The notes under the pieces: generated by a model
The model's input: only the letters and a program-made list of their open reading frames with translations
The model's database searches: none
What the model was told of the DNA's origin: nothing
Translations under genes and position numbers: made by a program
Virus record (IMG/VR): IMGVR_UViG_3300025570_000007
Length of the DNA: 64,000 bases
Reading direction: 5' to 3' (one strand)
Source: a virus
Shown here: positions 28,497 through 36,974 of the stretch, one piece after another
How positions within the stretch are numbered: position 1 is the first letter of the stretch
Layout of the letters: every line of letters starts with the position of its first letter

Positions 28497-28570
28497 CTCC
28501 TTAGGTAGGTCTCGAACCTACGACCTATGCATTAACAGTGCACCGCTCTAACCAACTGAGCTACTAAGGA
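28497..28570 (-). tRNA. tRNA-Asn(GTT)
   Basis: Loop CTGTTAA. Confidence 0.92.
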
Positions 28571-28576
28571 ATATAG

Positions 28577-28649
28577 TGGCTATTACCGGGATCGAACCGG
28601 TGACACCTAGATCTTCAATCTAGTGCTCTACCTACTGAGCTAAATAGCC
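28577..28649 (-). tRNA. tRNA-Phe(GAA)
   Basis: Loop TTGAAGA. Confidence 0.92.
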
Positions 28650-28758
28650 TGGCTGGGGTTTAGAGATTTTGTTTAATACTCTCTCCGGGGCCACCCCCTT
28701 TAAGTACTTTTTCAACCATTTTTTCCTGTTTCCTTCTTTCGGTTAGGTCTCCGCCTCG

Positions 28759-28829
28759 TGCCGCCAGTAGGAATCGAACCTACCCAGTAGAGTTTTACAG
28801 ACTCGCTCGGCACCTTGCCTGTTGTCGGC
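28759..28829 (-). tRNA. Atypical tRNA-Tyr(GTA)
   Basis: Loop CTGTAAA; short D loop; no long variable arm. Confidence 0.65.
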
Positions 28830-28835
28830 TTTAAA

Positions 28836-28972
28836 AAAATTAAGAGAAAGTTTAGAAGAGCTGTTTTGGTTGCAGATACGGGATTTGAACCCGTCACCTA
28901 TTGATTTGAAGTCAATTGCTCTACCATGTGAGCTAATTTGCGAAGTAACTCTTTCCATTACTACTTAATTTT
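28836..28972 (-). ncRNA. Y RNA-like element G enclosing a complete tRNA with UCA anticodon (tRNA 28867-28942)
   Basis: AAGTAGTAATGGAAAGAGTTACTTCG-[tRNA, loop CTTCAAA, ACCA]-GCTCTTCTAAACTTTCTCTTAA. Confidence 0.8.
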
Positions 28973-28973
28973 G

Positions 28974-29048
28974 TACTTCTTATAGGATTCGAACCTATGA
29001 CCTCTTGCGTGTAAAACAAGCGCTCTAAACCAACTGAGCTAAAGAAGT
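28974..29048 (-). tRNA. tRNA-Val(TAC)
   Basis: Loop TTTACAC. Confidence 0.9.
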
Positions 29049-29054
29049 ATTTTG

Positions 29055-29128
29055 TGCCCCCGACAGGGATCGAACCTGTGACCTTCGAGTTAAAAGCTCG
29101 CTGCTACTGCCTACTGAGCTACGAGGGC
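29055..29128 (-). tRNA. tRNA-Lys(TTT)
   Basis: Loop CTTTTAA. Confidence 0.88.
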
Positions 29129-29181
29129 AAATCCGATTCGTGTTTTTAAAGAGAACCGTATATCGGCGAAAAACTCTATTG

Positions 29182-29254
29182 TCGGGATGACAGGAGTTGA
29201 ACCTGCCGCCTCTTGCTCCCAAAGCAAGCGTCTCACCAACGAGACTACATCCCG
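29182..29254 (-). tRNA. tRNA-Pro(TGG)
   Basis: Loop TTTGGGA, C1:G72. Confidence 0.88.
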
Positions 29255-29263
29255 GAATTATTG

Positions 29264-29336
29264 TTTCCCCAGCAGGGCTCGAACCTACACTCTTTGATGC
29301 CAAAAACCAACGTGTTACCAATTACACCATGGGGAA
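29264..29336 (-). tRNA. tRNA-Gln(TTG)
   Basis: Loop TTTTGGC, U1:A72. Confidence 0.85.
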
Positions 29337-29457
29337 AGTTGCCCGTCTTTCCGGGCGTCAAACGATTGTTCAAGCGGCGAATGCCACTGCGTGGAAGAAA
29401 CCACAATTAAGAACCTCTACTTACCTACTATCGTTACACAGGCGTTGTTTTATTTTG

Positions 29458-29549
29458 CGGAAGATGGCGGATTCGAACCCCCACATCTGTTACAATACTC
29501 GCTTTTCAAGAGCGCCGCCGCTACCCAGAATCTTTCGGCTTAATCTTCC
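29458..29549 (-). tRNA. tRNA-Ser(TGA), enlarged D loop
   Basis: Loop CTTGAAA, long variable arm, G73. Confidence 0.8.
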
Positions 29550-29594
29550 TTGTACGCTACCTCCCTCCCTAAGGAAGGAAGTACCGTTATTTTA

Positions 29595-29617
29595 ATTATC
29601 CAATATGTCAATGATCT
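29595..29617 (-). repeat. 23-nt direct repeat (second copy 24488-24510), boxA-like
   Basis: AGATCATTGACATATTGGATAAT is identical at the heads of two tRNA sub-arrays. Confidence 0.7.
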
Positions 29618-29631
29618 TATACTTTTTTACT

Positions 29632-29670
29632 AAAAAAAAATCCCGAATCTTTATTTGATCCGGGATTTTT
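29632..29670 (-). terminator. Intrinsic terminator/attenuator upstream of the tRNA array
   Basis: ATCCCGGATC/GATTCGGGAT stem plus U-tract. Confidence 0.75.
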
Positions 29671-29698
29671 ATATATTGTTATATGTTGTTATATCATA

Positions 29699-29854
29699 TC
29701 AATATCCCGTATCTATTATTAATGGCTGGTTATACTTGCAAATTAAATTACTCGGTACACTAAAGCCATACCATTCCACAATCGAATTTACCCTTTTACT
29801 AAAGGACTGCATCGAGCTGCTTAAAATTGAATGTATGTTACGAATTGTTTTCAT
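29699..29854 (-). CDS. Putative attenuator leader peptide (51 aa)
   Basis: MKTIRNIHSILSSSMQSFSKRVNSIVEWYGFSVPSNLICKYNQPLIIDTGY*, between a promoter and a terminator. Confidence 0.55.
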   Translation of the reverse strand: MKTIRNIHSILSSSMQSFSKRVNSIVEWYGFSVPSNLICKYNQPLIIDTGY

Positions 29855-29872
29855 TGTTCTTGTTATCTTAGA

Positions 29873-29905
29873 TAAATATACGAAGTTTTCCTTTCCTAGC
29901 CAACT
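29873..29905 (-). promoter_or_regulatory. Bacteroidota-type promoter
   Basis: AGTTG-N20-TATATTTA. Confidence 0.65.
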
Positions 29906-29909
29906 CTTT

Positions 29910-30182
29910 CTATTTATTTTTTTTCTTTCTTTTTTCCTTAGTTATATTTGCCGGTACTATTAATTCTGATTCTAGTAAATCTCCTACTAGTGTCTCCATT
30001 CCTTTCATAAGAAATTGTACCTTGTCCTCTATCTTCTCAAAGTCTGTATGTTGATTTCTTTTTAAAGTTTCAAGCTTTGATTCAAGGGCTTTAACCTTCC
30101 TTCCTGATTTTATACAAAATACTACAAAGTATACTATTAGTACTAAAAATCCTCCTAAAATAAATGCTAATGTTGCGCTCAT
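29910..30182 (-). CDS. Membrane-anchored hypothetical protein
   Basis: N-terminal TM helix. Confidence 0.55.
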   Translation of the reverse strand: MSATLAFILGGFLVLIVYFVVFCIKSGRKVKALESKLETLKRNQHTDFEKIEDKVQFLMKGMETLVGDLLESELIVPANITKEKRKKKNK

Positions 30183-30236
30183 AATGTTTATATGTCTTTA
30201 TAAGCTAAAAATTGATATTATCTTTCAGCCTAACAA

Positions 30237-30581
30237 CTAATCGTTAAGAATTTTTATAGATATTTTTGGTTTGTTCATATTTTCTGTGATATCTACCTTA
30301 ATATCTTTAACTGTGATATCCTTCTTACCTTCGTATACCTTAACTTCTTTGTACTCTACTCCTTCTATAGTAGCTATAACTGTAATCTTCTTTTTCTTCT
30401 TCTCTTCCTCGTGTTTACCTGTCTGACTACCTTGTCCTGCTTTTCCTCCTGGTTTTCCAGTCGGTGGAGTAATGATGTCCTCTATGATAATGTCAATAAG
30501 AATTCCGTTACTTGCTAAAGTGAAGGTATTTGCAAGGTTTTGTCCAATGGTCGCTATTTGATATGTATCTATTAGACTCAT
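30237..30581 (-). CDS. Hypothetical protein
   Basis: ORF in late operon. Confidence 0.55.
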   Translation of the reverse strand: MSLIDTYQIATIGQNLANTFTLASNGILIDIIIEDIITPPTGKPGGKAGQGSQTGKHEEEKKKKKITVIATIEGVEYKEVKVYEGKKDITVKDIKVDITENMNKPKISIKILND

Positions 30582-30587
30582 ATCCTC

Positions 30588-31400
30588 TTAGTTTCGGTAT
30601 ATAGTGGTTTCTTGAGTACTTCCTGATCCTATTGTCTCAATAGTTTGAGATACTGTGTCAAACGTACGAGCTGTTTGAGTAACTAATAGTGGATTGTTTA
30701 CATCTAGTCCATGTAGCTGCCACACTTCAAACAGTTTAGACTGAAGGTCTGTTATTTGAGTTGATTGAGATATGTTTGCTTGTATTAGGCTTGATAGTTG
30801 AATTGACTGTGTTACTGATAGTTGTTCAATTGTTGTCAACTGAAGTGCTTGTGTAGGTTCTAATGAAGCTGTTACAGGTGAAGCAAGTAGAGATTGAATG
30901 GCTATTACGTTTCCATCTATTCTATATAGTGTTTCGTTTTCTGCTACTGTTAATCCTCCACTTCCCGATACTGATGATCCGTCAATTCGACGTACAATAT
31001 TAGAAGTATTAATGTTGATTGTAATGTTATTAGGTTCCCCTGATACTATATCTGCCGGAATTTTTATGTCTCCGCCATCTACATCGTAAACGTTTCCTAC
31101 AATGTTAAGGTTGTACTGTCCTGAATAGGGTTTAAACTTCCATCCATTAATTAGGAAGTATGTAACATCTAAGGACTGTCCTACAATAGTAGGATCACCA
31201 CCAATAGCATTGAAGGGATTGTAGTACTTTAAGTTATCGTATACAGATACCCACTCTTTCCAAGCAGAATATACATCTCTTTGCATATCTACATCCGTAA
31301 CTCCGTCGTTTATAAGAATCAGCCTATTAACTCCGTCAAAAGTTACCTTATGTCGAAGCTCCCAGTAATCCCATTGTCCATAATATAACGATGTCCACAT
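30588..31400 (-). CDS. Putative virion structural protein
   Basis: DVYSAWKEW...FLINGW segment shared with 35591-36973. Confidence 0.55.
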   Translation of the reverse strand: MWTSLYYGQWDYWELRHKVTFDGVNRLILINDGVTDVDMQRDVYSAWKEWVSVYDNLKYYNPFNAIGGDPTIVGQSLDVTYFLINGWKFKPYSGQYNLNIVGNVYDVDGGDIKIPADIVSGEPNNITININTSNIVRRIDGSSVSGSGGLTVAENETLYRIDGNVIAIQSLLASPVTASLEPTQALQLTTIEQLSVTQSIQLSSLIQANISQSTQITDLQSKLFEVWQLHGLDVNNPLLVTQTARTFDTVSQTIETIGSGSTQETTIYRN

Positions 31401-31412
31401 ATGTAATTTTGA

Positions 31413-32984
31413 TTAATGAGATTCTTTCCATCTGAAAAGTATTGTTACATTAGCATTACCTCCAGATTTGATAGATTTTGCAGCTAAGGTGAATATGGGT
31501 TGTGATACACCGTCCGCACTAAGTTTAAGTGTATTCTCCAAAGTTTCACTAATTTCACGTTGACTTACACCTGCACCGAATATTAATGCATCCTTACGAG
31601 TACCACCAACATATGAAGTTGCAGATTCATCTACTAAAAACGCTGAATCATTCGAGGCCGAAACGGTATAATTAGCTCCTATTAGTCCTGGATTTACAAC
31701 TACATCTAGTTCGATTGGATCACCATCCACATATACCTCAAAATTCGTTGGTATTAACGTTATTCTGTTCGTTTCACCAGAATGTACTGTTTTTGGTTTA
31801 GCTGATATGATTGGTGTATAACTACCTGATACTGCAACTGTTGGTGATGTATGAGAAAAATGATGACCAGGAAAATCGGCGGTTTGACTTTGACGAAGTA
31901 GTGAACAACATACCATTCTACTGTCAGTTCCGGTTGCAGCTGTATCTAAATTGAACTGTTCTAATCGGACTGGTAGTGTTCCTCGTCTCATGTACGGATT
32001 GATGATTGTGTTCGAATGTTTGAACGTGTGAACTGTTATATGTGTACCATCGGGTGCAAATGTTCCAAATCTAACTTTTCCAGCACCCAACCACTGGTAA
32101 TCTATCCAATATATATTGTATTTAGATACATCAAGTAAATATGAATCTATTGTGTTGTTCTCCAACTTATCACCGTTCCAATTATCTTGAATAACTGTAT
32201 TATCTATAACAGTACCGGTTGATGAATTTCTTACATTTACACTCATTATTGAACCGCTTAGTTCAAAAAATAAACCATCTTCATCATCAAACAAACCCCA
32301 TCGTCTTACAACATTGGCTGTTCCTGTATCACCAGAACGGTATGACATTAACATTTCATTACCTTCTCCAGGATTGTATGGAAAATATTGATGTGAAGTA
32401 CGTGTTATACGTGAACCAGATGTAATGGGTGTTGAAAGTACTAGTGAACTATCTACTACTGATCCTGTTATTGCACCACCAGCTATAGTTTCATCATAAA
32501 AATCTTCCGCGTTATCACCGTATGTGAACATCCAATCAAATACCTTAGAGGCTTGTGAGAATTGAGCATGTCCGAATGCATCGAATCCTAAATCACCTTC
32601 GGAATATCTTACATATGAACTACCTTTATCATCTATCTTTTGTGTATTATATGGATTATTACCATCACTCATTACAATCGAAGGAGTGTATATATTTAAT
32701 AATGATACAACTGTACCTATATTACCATTAGATACATCACTCAAAACTTCACCTACTGTGAATTCTCCTGTTGTATCAGTAACGTGAATAAAAACTTCAC
32801 CATACTTTGTATTCGTTCCTGTGTACGTTCCTGTAATACCGCTGGTATTGCCGATAATTTGTGTACCTACTTCAATCGTTGATAGATCGATTAATATGGT
32901 GTTTATTTCAACATCATATCTGTCTATATGTCTTATTCGTTTACCTGTTGAATCAGGTGGTATTCTTACAAATTCTGATGCCAT
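31413..32984 (-). CDS. Putative virion structural (lectin-like beta) protein
   Basis: DAFG, YQWLGAGKVRFG; beta-rich. Confidence 0.55.
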   Translation of the reverse strand: MASEFVRIPPDSTGKRIRHIDRYDVEINTILIDLSTIEVGTQIIGNTSGITGTYTGTNTKYGEVFIHVTDTTGEFTVGEVLSDVSNGNIGTVVSLLNIYTPSIVMSDGNNPYNTQKIDDKGSSYVRYSEGDLGFDAFGHAQFSQASKVFDWMFTYGDNAEDFYDETIAGGAITGSVVDSSLVLSTPITSGSRITRTSHQYFPYNPGEGNEMLMSYRSGDTGTANVVRRWGLFDDEDGLFFELSGSIMSVNVRNSSTGTVIDNTVIQDNWNGDKLENNTIDSYLLDVSKYNIYWIDYQWLGAGKVRFGTFAPDGTHITVHTFKHSNTIINPYMRRGTLPVRLEQFNLDTAATGTDSRMVCCSLLRQSQTADFPGHHFSHTSPTVAVSGSYTPIISAKPKTVHSGETNRITLIPTNFEVYVDGDPIELDVVVNPGLIGANYTVSASNDSAFLVDESATSYVGGTRKDALIFGAGVSQREISETLENTLKLSADGVSQPIFTLAAKSIKSGGNANVTILFRWKESH

Positions 32985-33030
32985 GTTAATTATGTGCTAG
33001 TATATTATATAAATATGGAAGTTTTTATGT

Positions 33031-33237
33031 TTACTGCTTTCTTCCTGTATTCATTTGCTTTGTCAGTTTATCAGAGATCTCTGCGTAATTAGTTCTTATC
33101 TCGGTTGATGCCTTATCCATTAACGGCATTACTTCGTTTTGCACAAATAAAAATAGTGAATTTGGTGATGCATCTGCTTTAAAGAACTGTTCTTGTAATT
33201 GTCTTATTTTTTGTGTAGCTAAATCTATGTTGTTCAT
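33031..33237 (-). CDS. Hypothetical protein
   Basis: ORF with promoter motif. Confidence 0.5.
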   Translation of the reverse strand: MNNIDLATQKIRQLQEQFFKADASPNSLFLFVQNEVMPLMDKASTEIRTNYAEISDKLTKQMNTGRKQ

Positions 33238-33300
33238 TCTTCTGTTATTAGTTTACTTATACTATCTTTTAATATACGATTTTTCTTCCGTATCTCCAAA

Positions 33301-33492
33301 CTATCTTACCATTCCTATAATAAAACCGTCTTCACTTACTAATCTTATCCTTATTCCATCGAACATAGTACACCTGTATATACCTTCAGTGAAGGGTAAG
33401 CCTACGTTCTGTCTTATCTGTGTTGGTGTTTCAAATAATTTTCCTAGAAAATCTTTTGAATTTGATTCTGTAACTTGAAATTTCTTTATCAT
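33301..33492 (-). CDS. Hypothetical protein
   Basis: Coupled ORF. Confidence 0.5.
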   Translation of the reverse strand: MIKKFQVTESNSKDFLGKLFETPTQIRQNVGLPFTEGIYRCTMFDGIRIRLVSEDGFIIGMVR

Positions 33493-35072
33493 GGGTTATT
33501 ATAGTACCTGTCCGGTTGTTGTTGTATAGGTACAGTAGATGTTGTACCAGGTAGTGTATAGTTAATAGAGATGTACACATAAGCTAAGTTATGTATAACA
33601 ATTGTAGTAGCTGTTGAGGCTGCTAATGAAAATGTAAAGCTCCTATTATCCACTGTTCCATCTGTTGCATTTTCAATTCCTGCTAATTCAGTATTTGTTC
33701 CAAAAGCCAATACCCTTACTTCTGTACTATCCCTTAATCCTGATAATGTAATGGATACGTTATTATTTATGGTAGTTGTAGCTCCTGTTCCGTTTCTAAC
33801 ACTAACTACCCCTGTTGTATCAGAAACGTTAAGAGTAACTGCTCCTCCACTGTTGTTGTATATAACTTCATTACCCGTTGAACCATCTACTGTGTTGTAT
33901 CCCTCAAAGGTATTACCTGAAAGAGAGTATGTATTTCCTGCAGTTGCGGTTGATAATTCCATAGCATGATTAGTTGCTGCAGAAGACCCGGTTGTAAAGA
34001 AATTACCCTGCACTAGGGTTGGGTTATTTGATAATAGGGAAACGGTATTTTGAGAATCTACAAATGTGCAAACGTCAACCGATGCACTTCCTTGTGTAAC
34101 TAGTCCACAACGTCTCCAAGTAACTCCCTCTAGTGCACTATTTGATTGAAATATAAAGGTACTCATATCTGTAAATACACAAGTATTTAATGAAACAGTA
34201 GCATTATCTATTACTTCAAATTCACCTTTGGCACGTGTACCAAGTGAAGAAATAAGAACCGAAGTCCATTCTATATTTGAAGATGCGTTGTGTACTTCAA
34301 TTCTATTGAAATCCGTACCTACCATTTCGGTATCATCAATGTTTAGTACAACGTTGGAATCTCTCATATCTACCGAAGTACCGCTTAATCCCAAACTCAT
34401 TAAACCTTTCCATAAATAAGAACCACCTTGGTCTTGAATCAATCCAAATCTACCTGTTGTTGGATTATCATTTACTGCTGCGTATCCAGCAAACGTTGCG
34501 TATCCATTTGCTAAATCACCATCGGTAAATCTTGATTCACCTCTACCATATCTGATAATATCTATTGTATATGCGTTACCCTTTTGAGGTGTTGATGTTG
34601 GACAGAATACACCGAACCCTACGGTGTTATATGTTGTTGTTGGTGAACCTTGTGTTTGTGTTGCCAATGTTGTTTCAGTTGGGTCTACCACATAATTTTC
34701 CCATCCACCATATTCATAAGTTTCTGCACCACCCATATACCAACCACGGTAATTTGCCGCAGTGTTACCTATCAATACTCTAAGTCCACCATTTGCCTTT
34801 GAACCCAATGAGTTAGGTGCGAACCATTTGAACCATACAAAATAATGTGTTGTTCCTGCTGTCCAAGTTGGTTGTGTTCCTGTAAATACTAAAGCACCAA
34901 GTGTGGTTTTTCTCATAGCCTCTGAAATACATACTGTACCGTAGATTGCTAAATCACCATCAACCTCACCTGCACCATTCAAATCTGTCATACCTGTTGG
35001 TTCTGACCAACCCGTTATAGATGTAACATCGTTATATGTAAGTAAGTCGGTTGTGTAAGCTGGTGCTGCCAT
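33489..35072 (-). CDS. Putative virion beta-helix protein
   Basis: Thr/Ser/Asn-rich, with NTF/NFF/CTF repeats. Confidence 0.55.
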   Translation of the reverse strand: MAAPAYTTDLLTYNDVTSITGWSEPTGMTDLNGAGEVDGDLAIYGTVCISEAMRKTTLGALVFTGTQPTWTAGTTHYFVWFKWFAPNSLGSKANGGLRVLIGNTAANYRGWYMGGAETYEYGGWENYVVDPTETTLATQTQGSPTTTYNTVGFGVFCPTSTPQKGNAYTIDIIRYGRGESRFTDGDLANGYATFAGYAAVNDNPTTGRFGLIQDQGGSYLWKGLMSLGLSGTSVDMRDSNVVLNIDDTEMVGTDFNRIEVHNASSNIEWTSVLISSLGTRAKGEFEVIDNATVSLNTCVFTDMSTFIFQSNSALEGVTWRRCGLVTQGSASVDVCTFVDSQNTVSLLSNNPTLVQGNFFTTGSSAATNHAMELSTATAGNTYSLSGNTFEGYNTVDGSTGNEVIYNNSGGAVTLNVSDTTGVVSVRNGTGATTTINNNVSITLSGLRDSTEVRVLAFGTNTELAGIENATDGTVDNRSFTFSLAASTATTIVIHNLAYVYISINYTLPGTTSTVPIQQQPDRYYNNP

Positions 35073-35518
35073 TATTTAATTTTCTCGTATTCGTTCATTA
35101 CAATTCTTTGTACAATTTCTTTTTTATGACCCTCTGCTAAGAAGAATTCATTAGGTTCTTTTGTAAATGAAGAGGCTATTACCGATATCCCTTTCTCATT
35201 TAAGTCCTGAATGTGTTCCATTACGGGCTTGCTTTGATATGCTTCAGTATCCTGGTAATGACATAAAGCTAGGTAAATCCTAGTTGTTATTCTTTCAAAA
35301 ATAACATTACAGTTATCAGGTCTTAGATGTTCATCCATTTCTTCTGTAGATAAATAGACACAATCAAAATTAATACATGAATTAGGTCGATTTTCGTAGA
35401 TGTTACACCCTTTCTTGATTGTGCAATTACCGCATAAAGTATTTATAGGCTTCCCTAGTTCAGGGATTGGCAGTAGTTCGCAACATAAGGTGCAATCTCC
35501 ACATGTATTCTTACTCAT
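35072..35518 (-). CDS. YkgJ-like CxxCxxCC Fe-S/Zn protein
   Basis: CGDCTLCC ... CNIYENRPNSC. Confidence 0.75.
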   Translation of the reverse strand: MSKNTCGDCTLCCELLPIPELGKPINTLCGNCTIKKGCNIYENRPNSCINFDCVYLSTEEMDEHLRPDNCNVIFERITTRIYLALCHYQDTEAYQSKPVMEHIQDLNEKGISVIASSFTKEPNEFFLAEGHKKEIVQRIVMNEYEKIK

Positions 35519-35590
35519 ATAACTTATTTTTAACTAAAAAAGGAAGGAATTGCTCCCTTCCCTCTTATTAGCTTATTTTAGATCCCTTTA

Positions 35591-36973
35591 TTATGGGTTC
35601 AAGTAGTTTCTTTCTAAGGCAGCAACGAAGTTGACAGTGTTTGCTGTACTTCTTGTAAATGTTCCTGTAGTTACAACATACTGTGCTGCTGTTAACCCTA
35701 AAGCTACAGCTGTGAATGGTACATCTGATCCAGATGAATCAGAACCCCTTTGTATATTTCCATCGTAATCATAATCGAATCCTACACTAGCACTTGTTGC
35801 TACAGATCCTGTTAAAGGTCCTGTACTATTAGTGTCAATTACAATAGCTTCCTGTGTTCCAAAGTCTCTACCTGTATTATCACCAGCATCATCGTTTGTA
35901 AAGAATACTTTATAGATTGAATCAGTATCACCTGTTAAGTTAGTGTTAAATAATAAGTTACCGGCTGCAACGAATGGGAACGTTCTAACTGATCCACTTA
36001 CATCTGTAAATTCTAATCTGTTGGTATCTGCTGCTAAGAACGTATCAATGTAAACTCCATCTGATGTTCTTAAGGTATCTCCAATGAATGATAATAGCCC
36101 CTCTGCAACATCACCACGTAATTGATTAACTAGATCAGCATCAATATCTGTAGACTGTCTAAGTGACCATTGTACAAATTCGTAAATTTCCTCTGCTGTA
36201 CCACTATTACCTTCAACAATAATATTATAATCGTAAGGAGTTCCACCAATCGTTCTTTGAATAGAAGAAGTATGGTATGTAATACTCATTCCTGTATATG
36301 GTGTAGATCCTGTAATAATATTATCTACTGCAGTAATTTTTAAATCGGTTGCGTTTGCTAACGGTAAGGCATATTTCCTATACGTTATAGCAGCTAAATT
36401 CTGCTCTGTTAATAAATCGTAGAAACCGTATGTTTTTCCTTGCTCACGCAGGTATATTTTATAGAATCCTCTGTAATCGAAGTTTGATGATCCTGAAGCG
36501 AATATCTGAACTCCCTGATTTACCTCACCCGGTAGTATAATAGTTTCGGGTATTGCTGTTGCAAATCCTACTAAGGCTGGATCTTGCTGTAAGAAGTAAG
36601 CTTGGTCAGTAGTTGCATTATCAAATGCTCCTAATGATGTAATATTCATCCACTCTTCTGTGTTAGCTGATGTGTCAGGACTTACAACAGCCCATCCACC
36701 ATCTCTGATCAAATACTTACTTTGGCTGTTAATAAGGTTCCATCCGTTAATCATCTCAAACTGTTCCGATGTAATCGAAACCATTGGGAATGGGAACTTA
36801 ATAAGGTTATTATCATTTTTCCACTCTTCCTTAATAAAGGAATATAGTGTTTGCATAGATACGCCATCTGTTGATAACGTTCCTGCGATGTTTAGTTGAA
36901 TATCTAACGAGCCTGTTACGAAATTTACCTCTACGCCCTGATTTAAATCATCCGGATCAATTATTTTTGCCAT
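35591..36973 (-). CDS. Putative virion structural protein
   Basis: LYSFIKEEW...MINGW; (S/T)GS repeats; C-terminal ERNYLNP resembles DRYYNNP of 33489. Confidence 0.55.
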   Translation of the reverse strand: MAKIIDPDDLNQGVEVNFVTGSLDIQLNIAGTLSTDGVSMQTLYSFIKEEWKNDNNLIKFPFPMVSITSEQFEMINGWNLINSQSKYLIRDGGWAVVSPDTSANTEEWMNITSLGAFDNATTDQAYFLQQDPALVGFATAIPETIILPGEVNQGVQIFASGSSNFDYRGFYKIYLREQGKTYGFYDLLTEQNLAAITYRKYALPLANATDLKITAVDNIITGSTPYTGMSITYHTSSIQRTIGGTPYDYNIIVEGNSGTAEEIYEFVQWSLRQSTDIDADLVNQLRGDVAEGLLSFIGDTLRTSDGVYIDTFLAADTNRLEFTDVSGSVRTFPFVAAGNLLFNTNLTGDTDSIYKVFFTNDDAGDNTGRDFGTQEAIVIDTNSTGPLTGSVATSASVGFDYDYDGNIQRGSDSSGSDVPFTAVALGLTAAQYVVTTGTFTRSTANTVNFVAALERNYLNP

Positions 36974-36974
36974 T

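Noticed and set aside
28867-28942. Genome-wide TGA recoding or tRNA-Sec
   Set aside because: Long genes are intact in the standard code, Trp uses TGG with its own tRNA, TGA is used as a stop, and the tRNA lacks Sec features
28712-29321. Minus-strand ORFs 28712-28897, 28743-28958 and 29025-29321
   Set aside because: They overlap tRNA and Y-like RNA genes
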